A stretch of DNA of 64,000 nt from IMG/VR virus record IMGVR_UViG_3300031951_021456, positions 62,001 through 126,000 of that record. One strand, 5' to 3'. This document shows positions 49,617 through 61,114 of the stretch, piece by piece (position 1 is the stretch's first letter; each line of letters starts with the position of its first letter). Under the pieces are notes generated by a model, which was not told the origin of the DNA, did not search any database, and was given only the letters and a program-made list of their open reading frames with translations. The translations under genes were made by a program, and so were the position numbers.

Positions 49617-52600
49617 ATGGCTCCTATTCACTTCCACCGCGACAATAATTTGAAAGAAGTAATTGTTGCAACAAATAAAATCAATAAAGTATGTAATATT
49701 ATTCAACCGCAGATCATAGAAACTTTAAGACCTTTCAGGGGCAAAAAAATAATTAAGGTAACTCCTTATCGTACTCTAACGAGTAAAGTTTTTGAAGTTC
49801 TCAATCCAGTTTTAGAAGAATACCGAAAAACAATGGGAGGTATGTATATCTTGGATTATCAATCTAATTATAGTCTGTCTTTGAAAGTTCAGGTGCCGTA
49901 TAAATTGCATTATGATGATGGGGGGTTTCAAGGCAGTTTGTCTCATTTTCTTTATTTGGGTTTTTTGGAAAACAGTACTTACCTTAAGGACGAAGATCTA
50001 AAGTTATGTAAGAGTAAGGAAGATTATGATTTTGATGAAATTAAGTTGAAAATGGTGCAGCTTAAACAGTTGGAAGAACAATTTGATGCATTAAAGAGTG
50101 AATTATCGCGCTTCTTGCGATAAGGAATAGACCATATTACTCCCCGGTTTGCTAGTCTTACTGGGGATTTTTTGTGTTTAATGTTTTAATGTGACACTTT
50201 AAGAACTGGCACATTCTTAACCACCTTTCCGCCCTTACCTGCTGTAGGATAAACAAGCAAACAAAGGGAGGTTCCCCCGTGACTACACAATCTGAAGTTA
50301 ATGCTGCAATTGCAGCATTGTATATTTCCGATGAATTTGATGATAAAAAGGTTACTAAATCTCTAAACTCTCGTATAAAAAGAGAATGGTTATCATTCAA
50401 AGCTTCTGCTATAAATATAGGTTTTGACCCTGAAAAACATAGAACATTTACGCTAGATAAATCTAAAGAAGACTTATGGGGTTATGTTGCACATGACTGG
50501 ATAATGATTCGTAATTTGGGATTTTTAGACGGCCATTGGCAAAAAGATAAGGCAGAGAAATTAGCAGAAATTGCAAAATCTTTTGGCCGGTTGGAAGTAT
50601 TTCAACAGGGTGATTATATCTTTCCACGTTCAGATGAGTATATCAATAAGATTGCAACTTACTGCTTTCTTAAGTATAAAGAAGTGTCACACTCACATTT
50701 GAATAAAGATGGTTATGGTAAGACTTCATCGCCATATATGATTAAGTTACCCGAGATTGATAATCAATGGAGGAGAATATATTCTTTATGCTATTCTAAT
50801 ACATCAACCGAAATCATTACAATAAAAGGTGAAACATTATTATTGGGGAATCTATTATCGGATTTTTGTATAGCAGTTGGAGATACAGTTAAGATTAATT
50901 TGTAGGTATAACAAGCTCTCATAAGAGATGCTAATGCCTTAAGGGTTGACAGATCCCCTTAAGACATTCTAGTATAAACAAGTAATCCACAGAGGTTTTT
51001 ATGCACTCCCAACATCCAGCAATTATTGAATGTTTGAATAGTTTCAATTTTGAAAATGTTCACAAAATAATGGTACTTCTAGATTGGAAATATGCTATGC
51101 CTGCACCACCATATTATGCTGAGGTTCCTAATATAGAACGGCTGAAGGAATGCGCAGAATATCTATTGCGTCTATCTGTGCAGCATAGATGTGATTGGAG
51201 TAGTGGTGGATTTGAAGCGAAATATATTGTCGGGTGGGATGGTTTTGTTAAGCTTCGCTTATGCTTCGTGGCAGTTGATTGTCAGGTGAATTGTAAAGAA
51301 TAAGCTAGTCTTACTGGGGATTTTTTGTGCTTAATGTTTTAATGTGACACTTTAAGAACTGGCACAGTCTAGAGAACCATCCAGCCCTTAGCTGCTTTAT
51401 GATATGGAGGTATTCATCCAGGTATTTCATGGCTACGCCAGCATTCAAAACAAAAAAAGGTGACCTTACAGCTTATGCCTTGGCTTGTGGATATATTGAA
51501 AAGGTGGAAATTGGAGATGATATAATAGTTCTGCAAGCTTTGGATTGCCCTAATGTATATCTCGTTTCGTTGTGGGAAGGTAAATATAATTCCCATGATA
51601 AAGATTATCGCTTGCTAACTGATGCACGAAGAGAGTTTAAGAAGCTCGTCTCTATGAAAAAACGTGCTGACACTTTAAGAACTGGCACGTTCTCAACCAC
51701 CTTTCCGCCCTTAGCTGCTGTATGATGACAAGGTAAACAAAGGGAGGTTCCCACCATGCCCATCACAATCTATGAATTCGGTGAATTGTCAGATGAAGCA
51801 AAAAGCATTGCATTAAATACCTTTCGTTATATCAATGTTGACTGTAACTGGCATGAAACTGTATGCGAAGATGCAGAAGTAATCGGATTAAAGATTACAG
51901 AATTTGATATTGATAGAAATACCATAAAGGGACATTTGAAACAAGATTTTTTGGATGTATGTAGGCTAATAAGAAAAAATCACGGTAAAGATACGGAAAC
52001 AAGAGACACCGCCAAAAAGTATCTTAAAGAATATATTGCAGAATACTATCGTTATAGGGGCAATGATACACAAAATTTACCAGATTTGCTGAAAGGCTTC
52101 CAATGTGAAGATGAAGCAAAGGATATAGAGATAGATTTTGCCCTCGCACTTTTGGAGGATTATTTCATCATGTTGAGAAGAGAATATGAATATCTCACAT
52201 CTGATGAAGCAGTTAAAGAATCAATTGAATTAAATGAGATGAAATTTCTAGAGAATGGTAATGTGACATAAGCAGTGCTTATCAATAAAGGCTTGACAAT
52301 CCATATTCTTACCTGTAGTATTCTTTCATCCACATCAGGGAGGTTCCCACTATGTCTCAAATTCGTCTCACCGGCCTTGATCTATTGAAGCATCATAAAA
52401 GTCAACATGAAACAAGGCACTTAAAGGTGATGTTTGCTGGATATATTAAAGATGGATTTAAGCCATCATATACAGAATACTATTCAGCATTACTTCCACT
52501 AATGTTATGGAATAAAAAGTATGAAAATACAATGAACAATGGAGGTTCTAAAATTGTTCAAAGTCTAGTGACACATCTGGTGGCGGGTGCAGATTATCAG

Positions 52601-54743
52601 AAAGAAAATGATCGGGTGTGTTATTTGAGTAATGGTGATGCTGCTATTTACTATTATGGGCAGTTAATATGCATTGTAAATTTTAATAATAATTATATAA
52701 CGATTCAGCCCAATTTAATGAGAACAAAATCCACAAAAGAACGTTTGAATAGAATTTTGATGAAATTCACTGGATGTCAACTATTTCAAAAAGAAAAGAA
52801 GTGGTATGTTTATGATCCAGAAAGAGATCAAGATAGTTTAGTGCCTGAGGGAGCTTGCTTCAGAGTAGATTTTATCGGCTCCTGTCCAGAATAGGACATA
52901 AGAGATACTAATGCCTTAAGTGATTGACAGATCCCCTTAAGGCATTCTAAGATAATCAAGTAAACCAAGGGAGGTTCCCCAATCATGGCTCAAACTTTCA
53001 ACAATTGGTCTGAAGTTCCTGCATCAATTGAAGCAAAGATCCGAAAAATTTGGAATGGTGACGGAGCTTCAACATACGAAAAAAGTCATGATGAAAACGG
53101 TGAAGAAATTACAGTCTATAAATTATCAGACTACAAAGTGATTTTCAATACTGATTTTTTGACCGATGCTCAGAAAATTAAATTCTTTGAGTTGGCATGG
53201 ACCTATAGATTAAATCTTGCAGACTTTCTGCATAATTTAACATTTGAACCTGAATGTGTAAGGATATATGATGAAGTATATCATATCCCCGGAATTGTTG
53301 TAGGAACCTGGCCACATTGCAACCTATATGGTGGGATGGATGAAAACGGACATATTCATACTCAATTATGGTTCAGCTTTCTTAAATCTTATCAGAGCTA
53401 AAAACATGTAGGCCTATAAGAGATACTAATACCTTAAGGTCTTGACAAAAGCCCTTAAGGTATTTTAGTATAATCAAGTAAACACATCAGGGAGGTTCCC
53501 ACCATGATTGATTCTTTATATCAAGATGGAGAGATTAGATTTTTGAGGCATTTTTCTACAAGAGGAGGTAGATATATTTCAAATAGGCTAAATCTAAAGG
53601 GAAAAAATGCAGAAAAAATTAGCAATAGTCTGTCAGGTTTCTTCTGGAATTTACATGCTGCAATTGTGGTTAAAAATTTGAATGAAATGAAAGCCAATAA
53701 AATTACTAATCCATATGTAAATGGCTGCAAAATGATATATGAAGAAATTCTTGAGAATCCGCAATATATGTTTCTTCCAAAATGGGTTAAGGACGATTTA
53801 GTTATTGCTGGTAAATTTTTGAGTTACGAAAAATAAGACAATCTTCCATCTCTAGGGTGACACTTTAAGAACCGGCACACCCTAGAGAACCTTCTGGCCC
53901 TTAGCTGCTGTAAAATAAGCAAGTAAACCACAAGGGAGGTTCCTTTGACTGCAACAATCTATCAACAATTACTTGAGCACTCTAAAGGTTTAATAGAGAT
54001 TCATGAAACTGATTTAACCATTCACGATCAAAACAGAATAAAGACATTTGAGCCAGGTTCAAAATGGTTATGGGTTTGTTATCAGTGTGGAACATATTTA
54101 ACAAAATGGGAGAGTAAATTCACATCAGAACTTTTATATTATATCGTGGAGAGGAATGGCTGTCCAGATTGCAAAGTCTTCATCATTGAATGTAATGAAG
54201 AATTAAATGGAAATGTTATAGAGAAACAAGCAGCAGAATTGTGGATTCAAAAGAAATATGAGAATTCCTTATCAATAAAGGCTTGACAAACCATACTCTT
54301 ACCTGTAGTATTCTTTCACTCACATCAGAGAGGTTCTCATGTTTTTAGGTAAACATCAAAAAGGTCTCATTACTTATCTCGTAAAACGGAAAAATTACAC
54401 TGGCATTTGTGGCCAAGATATGAGAGATGTTCTTAATAGGCTAGTAAAAAGAGGTATAATTAAGTATAAAAAAATTGAGTATAATTATGGAACATATGAA
54501 TATGAAGTAACATTAACTATTCCAGATATTCATTACATTACATCTGAAGAAGCTAATAATATGAATAGTTTTCAGCGATATAAAGAGCTTAGGGGTGAAC
54601 CTTATAGAGAAGGATTCTTTTTTATTACAAACCCACAATTACTTTCTAATAAGACACATTATTCACGACAACATGAAGAATTTGGACCATTCTCTAGTAT
54701 AGAAGAAGCTGTTGTATTTTATGCAAGTAATAGAAAATTTTAA
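49617..54743 (+). other. Cassette array of hypothetical CDS (49617, 50279, 51001, 51429, 51756, 52352, 52985, 53504, 53945, 54339)
   Basis: Each has its own promoter, most with a GGGAGGTTCC ribosome-binding leader. Confidence 0.7.
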
Positions 54744-54765
54744 TAAAATGTGTTTTTAATCGTTT

Positions 54766-54920
54766 TTATTGATAATCATTCTCAATAAGGTGTTTTAAGT
54801 GTTTTATTGATCTTATTGATAATCATTCTCAATAAGGTGTTTTAAGTATATTGAAGGTCTTAAATGTTTTATTGATAATCATTCTCAATAAGGTATTTTA
54901 GGTATTTTAGGTATTTTAAG
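54766..54920. repeat. Three copies of the 23-bp near-palindrome TTATTGATAATCATTCTCAATAA (Fur-box-like), followed by ggtatttta repeats
   Basis: Copies at 54766-54788, 54813-54835 and 54869-54891. The core TGATAAT-C-ATTCTCA is one mismatch from the 7-1-7 Fur box. Confidence 0.9.
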
Positions 54921-55055
54921 TGTCTTATTGGTCTGATGATCTTAGCGGACTAGGACCACACACTCTAAGACACTCAAGGACAGAAGAAAAACCGGCACAA
55001 TAAAACCCACAGAACGATCATAACCGCTAAGATGTAAAAGTCATTCAATCATTCC

Positions 55056-58000
55056 ATGGCCACCCACAACATTTTTCCAGCCTACAAAGGGCTAGTTAAA
55101 GTGTCCAAACTGCGCAAAAAGATTGGCCAACAAAGATATACAATCTCAGCAAAAATCACCCCAGACTTTACATTTGAAACAATAATTCCAGCATATAACA
55201 GAGAGGATGCAATTTTCCGTGCTACAGCATACTTTCCAAATGGAAGATTCGTCAAAGTGAATAACAAATGAGACTGTGACACTTTAAGAACTGGCATGTT
55301 CTCAACCACCTTTCCGCCTTTAGCTGTAGGATATGGAGGCAAACAAAGGGAGGTTTCCCGTGAAATTGATCAGTAATCACGAGGATAACATTAAAAGGGA
55401 GCTTTATACAATTGAAAATAATGGGGATAAATTTACACTCATTTGGTATGTTAATCCAACTACAAAAACAATTATTGATGTTGAACTGAGAGATGCATCC
55501 GGGGTATCTGTTTTTGATCCTGCCTTACTTGAGGAGATTGAAACCTTTGTAGTTGATACACTTATTGAACGTCAATCTTAAGATAAGCATTTCTTATCAT
55601 AGACTCTAGAGTGCTCAAAGTGTGCTAGAGTCTTAACTATAAATCAAGGGAGGTTCCCGCAATGGCTAAAGAAACCACATCACAGATTGTTTCAAAGTAT
55701 AAGTGTCTCATTGTAAACATTTTAGCAGGAGCTAAAATAACCAAACCGACGGGTCTTGAGCTTATGGGGCAATTGAGTAATTTGTGGTCAGATGAAGAAT
55801 TTAGCAGCTTGTCATTATATGCAAAGGAAGAACTATTTGAATACTCAGACAATAAAAGGATACAGCTTACTGATGAATATACAGTATCACTTTACACTGA
55901 TGATAATGGCAATAAAAGTATATCAAACAAAACCGAATTTGCATGTGAGCCATCCATTTATTGGTATGAAGTCAAAGAGATATGCTCAAATGATGGAACA
56001 ATGGTAATAATCAAAACACCTACAGATAAAGTATATCTTGAGTAAGTCTTATAGGTATATTAAGCTCTCATAAGAGATGCTAATGCCTTAAGTGATTGAC
56101 AGATCCCCTTAAGGCATTCTAGTATAGTCAAGTAAACCAAAGGGAGGTTCCCCATGGCTAAAGAAAGTTTCAGGGAAAAGATCATCGGCTTGGCTATAGG
56201 TTGTGATTATACACATGATGACTCCTGCGCAACATGGGAATCAATAGCACGGGAGCTGATTGCTCAGATGAGCGAACAAGATTGCCAGGATTTCTATGAT
56301 TATTTCATGGACAATTGCATGTAACTGATAAGCTCCAATCTTTCCACCAACACCGCTTTTTTCACCATGGCTAATTTGATTGATTCTGGAATTGACTACG
56401 GAATGGGACGGACTAATGTTGATATGGATAATGGGATCCGTTACGGCTTCATTCCCGCTAATGATCTTGCATCCCACGCATGGGATACTATCATGAACGA
56501 CGGTGAAGATTTAGACTATACGGAAGCAATTGAAAATTTGAAAGATGAATTAGCTAGAACGATAAAAAGCACAGTGGAAGACTATGATCCCCGTTTCGAC
56601 TGCAAACAAGCAGCAGAGGATATAGTGGATGCAATGGAATTTATTCTAGAGTCTAGCGGAGATTGCACAAGGTACAAATACGAAAATAAAGGGTTGGAAT
56701 TTTCTACGTTATCCGATGGCGATTTAGTAGTGATAAAATCCCCGTACTTTACCTACTGCGGCCACTGTTCCCCTTGCGCGCCTGGTGGAGGTTATCTTAA
56801 GTCTGGGGGATCTGTAAAGACCTACTGTCTTGGACCGGAATGGTTTGACGAGAATTCCCCTATACCCTACGTTTGCTATAGAGTGTCAGACGGATCCCCC
56901 TTGTCTCCTCATGACTACTTGCATCCACAAGACGGGCTAGTTTTAACTGTTTCAATAGAACCTTAAAAGAATAAAGGAAATAAGGCAACCAAAATCTATT
57001 AAGAGACTTCAATAAGCGATGGAATAATTCTAGTATTTGATTGCAGATACTCTGCTCATTATATCAATCCTTGTGGCTTTTAGGTATATCAGGCTCCCAT
57101 AAGGTATTCTTATCATTCAAAGCTTGACAAGCCATAATTTTAGTCTTATTGTTCCTTTGTTCACTCATTCAGGTTTCAATCATGCGCAAAATTGAAGAAA
57201 AGATGATTGATGCAATCAATTATCGCAAAAATTGGTCTTGCGATAACACAATGGTTGAGATTTTTGATAATGAAATTATCGTCAAATTACATTTTCACCC
57301 CATCGCTAGAATTAATAAAAATAGCATTAAACTTTCATCGTTTGGTTATGAAACAAGAACCACAAAATCTAGACTTAATGCTATTCTTAGTCACTTTGGT
57401 AAAGAAAGAATCTATCAGCAAGATTTTGTTTGGTATATAAATAATGAACTTTTTATTGATGGAATGTCTATATCATTGGTTTAATCTTATGAGAGCTTGA
57501 TATACCTTAAGACATTAGAAAATCTTATAGGTATATCAAGCTCTCATAAGGTATTCTTATCATTCAAAGCTTGACAATATCCCTTCAGACACTCTAAGAT
57601 AAACAAGTAAACAAAAAGGAGGTTCCTTTGAGCACTGAGCTAGAACGAATCCAAAAAGAAAAATTCAAAGAATGCCTTAAAGGTCTTCCAGAATTTATTA
57701 TGTCTGGAGCAACCTATGAGCAGTGCTTGCTTAAAGTTTTGGAAGAATGTGATTGGTGTTTCTACACTCAAGAAGAAGATAATTTAGTTAAATCTATTCA
57801 CTCTTACTTCTCCAAACCATGAGACTACCATCCATCAAGACAATCTCATCAAATTTTCCAGATCTTTCAAAGGAAGATGTAAAGAAAGTTAGACAATTAC
57901 TTGAGAAGTATTACTATAGACCTATCGTATGTTTGCAAAAAATAAACAAGGTAATTGAAGGCCACGGCCTTGAGTATATTGCAGATGTGGAAGATGATGG

Positions 58001-59667
58001 AATAAATTTTAATGGCGTGGAATATGTCAATATGGGTGATAGTTATGCTTCAACAATTTGCTATGATCGTAGTAGTGGGAGAATGTTTATATCATGCTGG
58101 GAAGATGTAGTCGTGAAAAATCTTAAGCGCTTCGGAGGCCCATAAGATCTTTTAATGTCTCAAGGGTTGACAGGAGATAATTTTAGTCTTATTGTTCCTT
58201 TGTTCATTCATTTTTCATCATGAATCTTTCACAAGGAGAAATTAAAATTATTCTTGAATCCCATTGTAGGCGCTATCTTGATATGTTAAATCAAGAAGAA
58301 CTTTATAGTTATGCACTTAATTCTATGATGAATTCTTATGAGAAAAATCCAGGCTACTCTGACACTGATCTAAACCTTTTAGTTCGTGATATATTTAAGC
58401 TTGAAGGAAATGATGTCGATTCTGTATCAGAATTCTTAACCGGTTGCGGGATCTCCGATGATAATGTGGATCAGTTAATAGTAGATAGTCTTATTGATAG
58501 TTAAGAGGTTTATCAAGCTCTCATAAGATCTTCTAATGCCCTTAAGGGTTGACAGATGCCTTGAGACACTCTAAGATAAACAAGTAAACAAAAAGGAGGT
58601 TCCTTTGGACTATTCAACAGCCTACAATCATCATGAAAGACTGTTGGGTGTTATGGATGGTTTGTATATGAATGCCCGCTTAACAAAAACGAGACACCAT
58701 AAATTGCGGAAAGATGTTAAACTATATGTTTGGGAGGATGAAGGCCTTAAAAGGTGCCCACAATGGGTTAAAATAAGTTTAGTGCAACATTGTGAACATT
58801 TATCCAAAAATATAAGCGAATGGCAAAGATGGGCATATAAGGGATCGGATGGTAAATTGTATCTTTCATATACTGATCTTAGCAAAGATGATCAGAATAA
58901 AGTAGATTTAGGAGAGATTGAAGGTCACCATTATTGGCTTGAGGAAACGAATAAAGATATAATTGTGCGGGGCGATGATGGGATTTTAACTATAACAAAG
59001 ACTAGGAGATTGACAGAATTCTATTATTGATTAGTTGCATTCTCTCCCCGGTTTGCTAGTCTTACCGGGGATTTTTTGTGCTTGAATGTTTTAATGTGAC
59101 ACTTTGAGAACCGGCGTCTCTCCAACCACCCTTAGCTGCTGTAGGATATGGAGGTAAACAAAGGGAGGTTCCCATGGCTAAAGAAAGTTTCCCAGACTAT
59201 AAAAGACACGTCACACTTCAACACCGAAGAATAAACTCAAGCGGTTATGATCGTTATGGTGTTTACTATGGCATCGGGCAACGACTTTACTATATTGCCG
59301 CCTTATCTGAAGATGGCATGGATTATATTTATCAAGATGAGTTTCGGGCAATTGATAGACAGGATGCAATCAATCAAGCCAGGGATATATTCCCAAATGG
59401 AAAGTTTACTGGTGCTAAAAAATGAAAAGATATAATTATAGATGGCCTCAACAGTTAGTATTTGGTCACTTAAATGCAGGTGAATTCTTTAGCTTTGCTG
59501 GAGACAGTGTAGTCTATCAAAAATTAAGCACTTTAATGTTTGTTGAAGTGGAAGCTAGAGTGATTGGACAAAAGATAATGGCAAAAATTAAACCTAATGC
59601 AACTGCAAAAAGAGTGAAGAGTTTACAGTTACCTGTTACAGATTGCATGAATTCTTTATTTCCATAA
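55056..59667 (+). other. Cassette array of hypothetical CDS (55056, 55360, 55662, 56154-56324 not in track, 56367, about 57182, 57628, 57819, 58220, 58605, 59174, 59422)
   Basis: Promoter/RBS cassettes in front of most ORFs. Confidence 0.7.
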
Positions 59668-59744
59668 GATCTTCTAATGCCCTTAAGGGTTGACAGATGC
59701 CTTAAAGCAATCTAGTATGAACAAGTAAACCAAGGGAGGTTCCT

Positions 59745-60230
59745 TTGACCACTAATTATTTTCAAGGTCTCAACAATGTTGCTGAGATTAAATCTCAGTA
59801 TAGAGAATTGGCTAGAAAGTTTCATCCTGATCTTGGAGGTTGTCTTGAAACTATGAAGACAATAAATTTACAGTATCATAACGCGCTGAAAGGTGAAAAC
59901 AATAAAGAATACGATGGACATACTTACAAATATAATAGCAAAACAGAACAGGATATAATGGACAAAATTAATGAGCTTCTGAAGCTAAATGATATACAGA
60001 TTGATCTCATAGGACTTTGGGTATGGATTCGTGGGGAAACTAAACCACATAAAGATAAGCTTAAAGAAATGGGTTGTTACTGGCATAGTAAGCGTGTCTG
60101 CTGGTATTGGAAGCCTAAAGGTTATTCAGGTTCCCGTAGAACTAATCCGGGGAGTTTGGATGAATTAGCTAGAAAGTATGGAGCGCAAACTTTTAATAGT
60201 ATGGGAACAAAAAGACTCGCAGCAGTGTAA
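59745..60230 (+). CDS. J-domain (DnaJ-like) protein
   Basis: IKSQYRELARKFHPDLGG...MKTINLQY; TTG start after a strong SD. Confidence 0.85.
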   Translation: MTTNYFQGLNNVAEIKSQYRELARKFHPDLGGCLETMKTINLQYHNALKGENNKEYDGHTYKYNSKTEQDIMDKINELLKLNDIQIDLIGLWVWIRGETKPHKDKLKEMGCYWHSKRVCWYWKPKGYSGSRRTNPGSLDELARKYGAQTFNSMGTKRLAAV

Positions 60231-60391
60231 ATTGATCAGTTACAATCTCTCCCCGGTTTGCTAGTCTTATCGGGGATTTTTTGTGCCTGAATGTTTTAAT
60301 GTGACACTTTAAGGACTGGCACAGTCTTAACCACCTTTCTGCCCTTAGTTGCTGTAGGATATGAAGGCAAACCAAAGGGATCTTCCCAACC

Positions 60392-60532
60392 ATGGCCAAA
60401 CTTGAAATTATGTTGACCGCTTATCTCGCTATCCTTCTTGGATGTGGTGGTGGTTTCGCGATTGTTGGAGCAGTCTCCACCATCACAAAATGTGCGACAC
60501 CGACACCGTTTTGTGTTGACGTGAATAGCTAA
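60392..60532 (+). CDS. 46-aa membrane microprotein (not in ORF track)
   Basis: MAKLEIMLTAYLAILLGCGGGFAIVGAVSTITKCATPTPFCVDVNS; own class A promoter; flanked by 79-bp direct repeats. Confidence 0.6.
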   Translation: MAKLEIMLTAYLAILLGCGGGFAIVGAVSTITKCATPTPFCVDVNS

Positions 60533-60644
60533 ATCGGTTTCAATATGCATTCTTGATCAGTTACAATCTCTCCCCGGTTTGCTAGTCTTACCGGGGATTT
60601 TTTGTGCCTGAATGTTTTAATGTGACACTTTTTGAAGTGTCTTT

Positions 60645-60960
60645 ATTTTTGTCGTTTGTGGCGCACTGTGATATAATGGGCGTTTTAGTAAGTTTGCTCT
60701 ATAGTATGTGTGTATTATTAGGTATGTAGAACAGTTGTATTATAGTATATGTGTACTGTGGACAGTTGCCTAGCCGTCCGTGGCCGCCGTCGTCCGTGCC
60801 TAGCGTAAGATAATAAAGATAAGAAAGATAATAAAGAAAGATAACCCCTAAAGTGCGTTTTAAATAAAAATTCAATGGGTCCCATATCACTTAAAACCAC
60901 CCCTGCGTCTTAAAAAAAAAATTTCGCCCAAAAAAATTTCGCCAAAATAGGTGAAGTAAA
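60645..60960. other. Structured non-coding junction between early (+) and late (-) blocks
   Basis: GC-rich patch 60771-60805, aagataa repeats about 60806-60845, and aaaaaaatttcgcc twice (60915, 60930). Confidence 0.5.
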
Positions 60961-61114
60961 ATTATTCTCTATTAATCCTCAGAGTAATCAAATTCATTCC
61001 TAAATCAAGAGCATCAAGACCATTCTCATTCATTTGAGAGTTTTTCTGTCTAGATAATATCACTTAGATAAACTTTTTGTTTGGAAATATTTAAACAGAT
61101 TTTCTCAAATGGTA

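Larger units (their letters stand above)
37386..59750 (+). promoter_or_regulatory. Class B early promoter cassettes: ATAAG(-N5-CTTAT) 24-26 bp upstream of TTGACA-N17-TAnnnT
   Basis: TTGACA at 37411, 38223, 39605, 41323, 41820, 42273, 43782, 44334, 45554, 46067, 46379, 47226, 47960, 48582, 49561, 50946, 52293, 52924, 53442, 54283, 56096, 57124, 57571, 58167, 58549 and 59690 (26 copies, all on +, most with the upstream ATAAG). 43782/43805 is a perfect TTGACA-17-TATAAT. Confidence 0.9.
50141..60631 (+). terminator. Repeated terminator + class A promoter module (5 copies)
   Basis: ccccggt-ttgctagtctt-accgggg-atttttt...aatgttttaat-gtgacacttt at 50141, 51304 (5'-truncated), 59045, 60250 and 60571. 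Confidence 0.85.
4919..60643 (+). promoter_or_regulatory. Class A early promoter family: 22-bp dyad (consensus GTGACA(C/G)T-N6-ACTG(T/G)C(A/C)(C/A)) 28-32 nt upstream of a TAnnnT -10 box, often extended, with no TTGACA
   Basis: Clear copies start at 11317, 12738, 14135, 16502, 17196, 20841, 22624, 24663, 28833, 34252, 35063, 36671, 50191, 51344, 51667, 53857, 54977, 55276, 59096, 60301 and 60622. Degenerate or half copies lie near 4919, 8136, 25440, 30123 and 30224. Confidence 0.8.

Noticed and set aside
51756-52271. Possible antitoxin annotation (family recalled with YEYLTSDEAV motif)
   Set aside because: No cognate toxin is adjacent and the recalled label has no functional support that I can verify.
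51399-55359. ORF-track starts at 51399, 55333 and similar upstream ATGs
   Set aside because: They lie within promoter or leader cassettes; better starts are 51429 and GTG 55360.
37386-60631. Repeats resembling a CRISPR array or integron attC sites
   Set aside because: The repeats are promoters and terminators separated by whole genes of variable length. No cas genes, integrase or attC core pattern were seen in the window.
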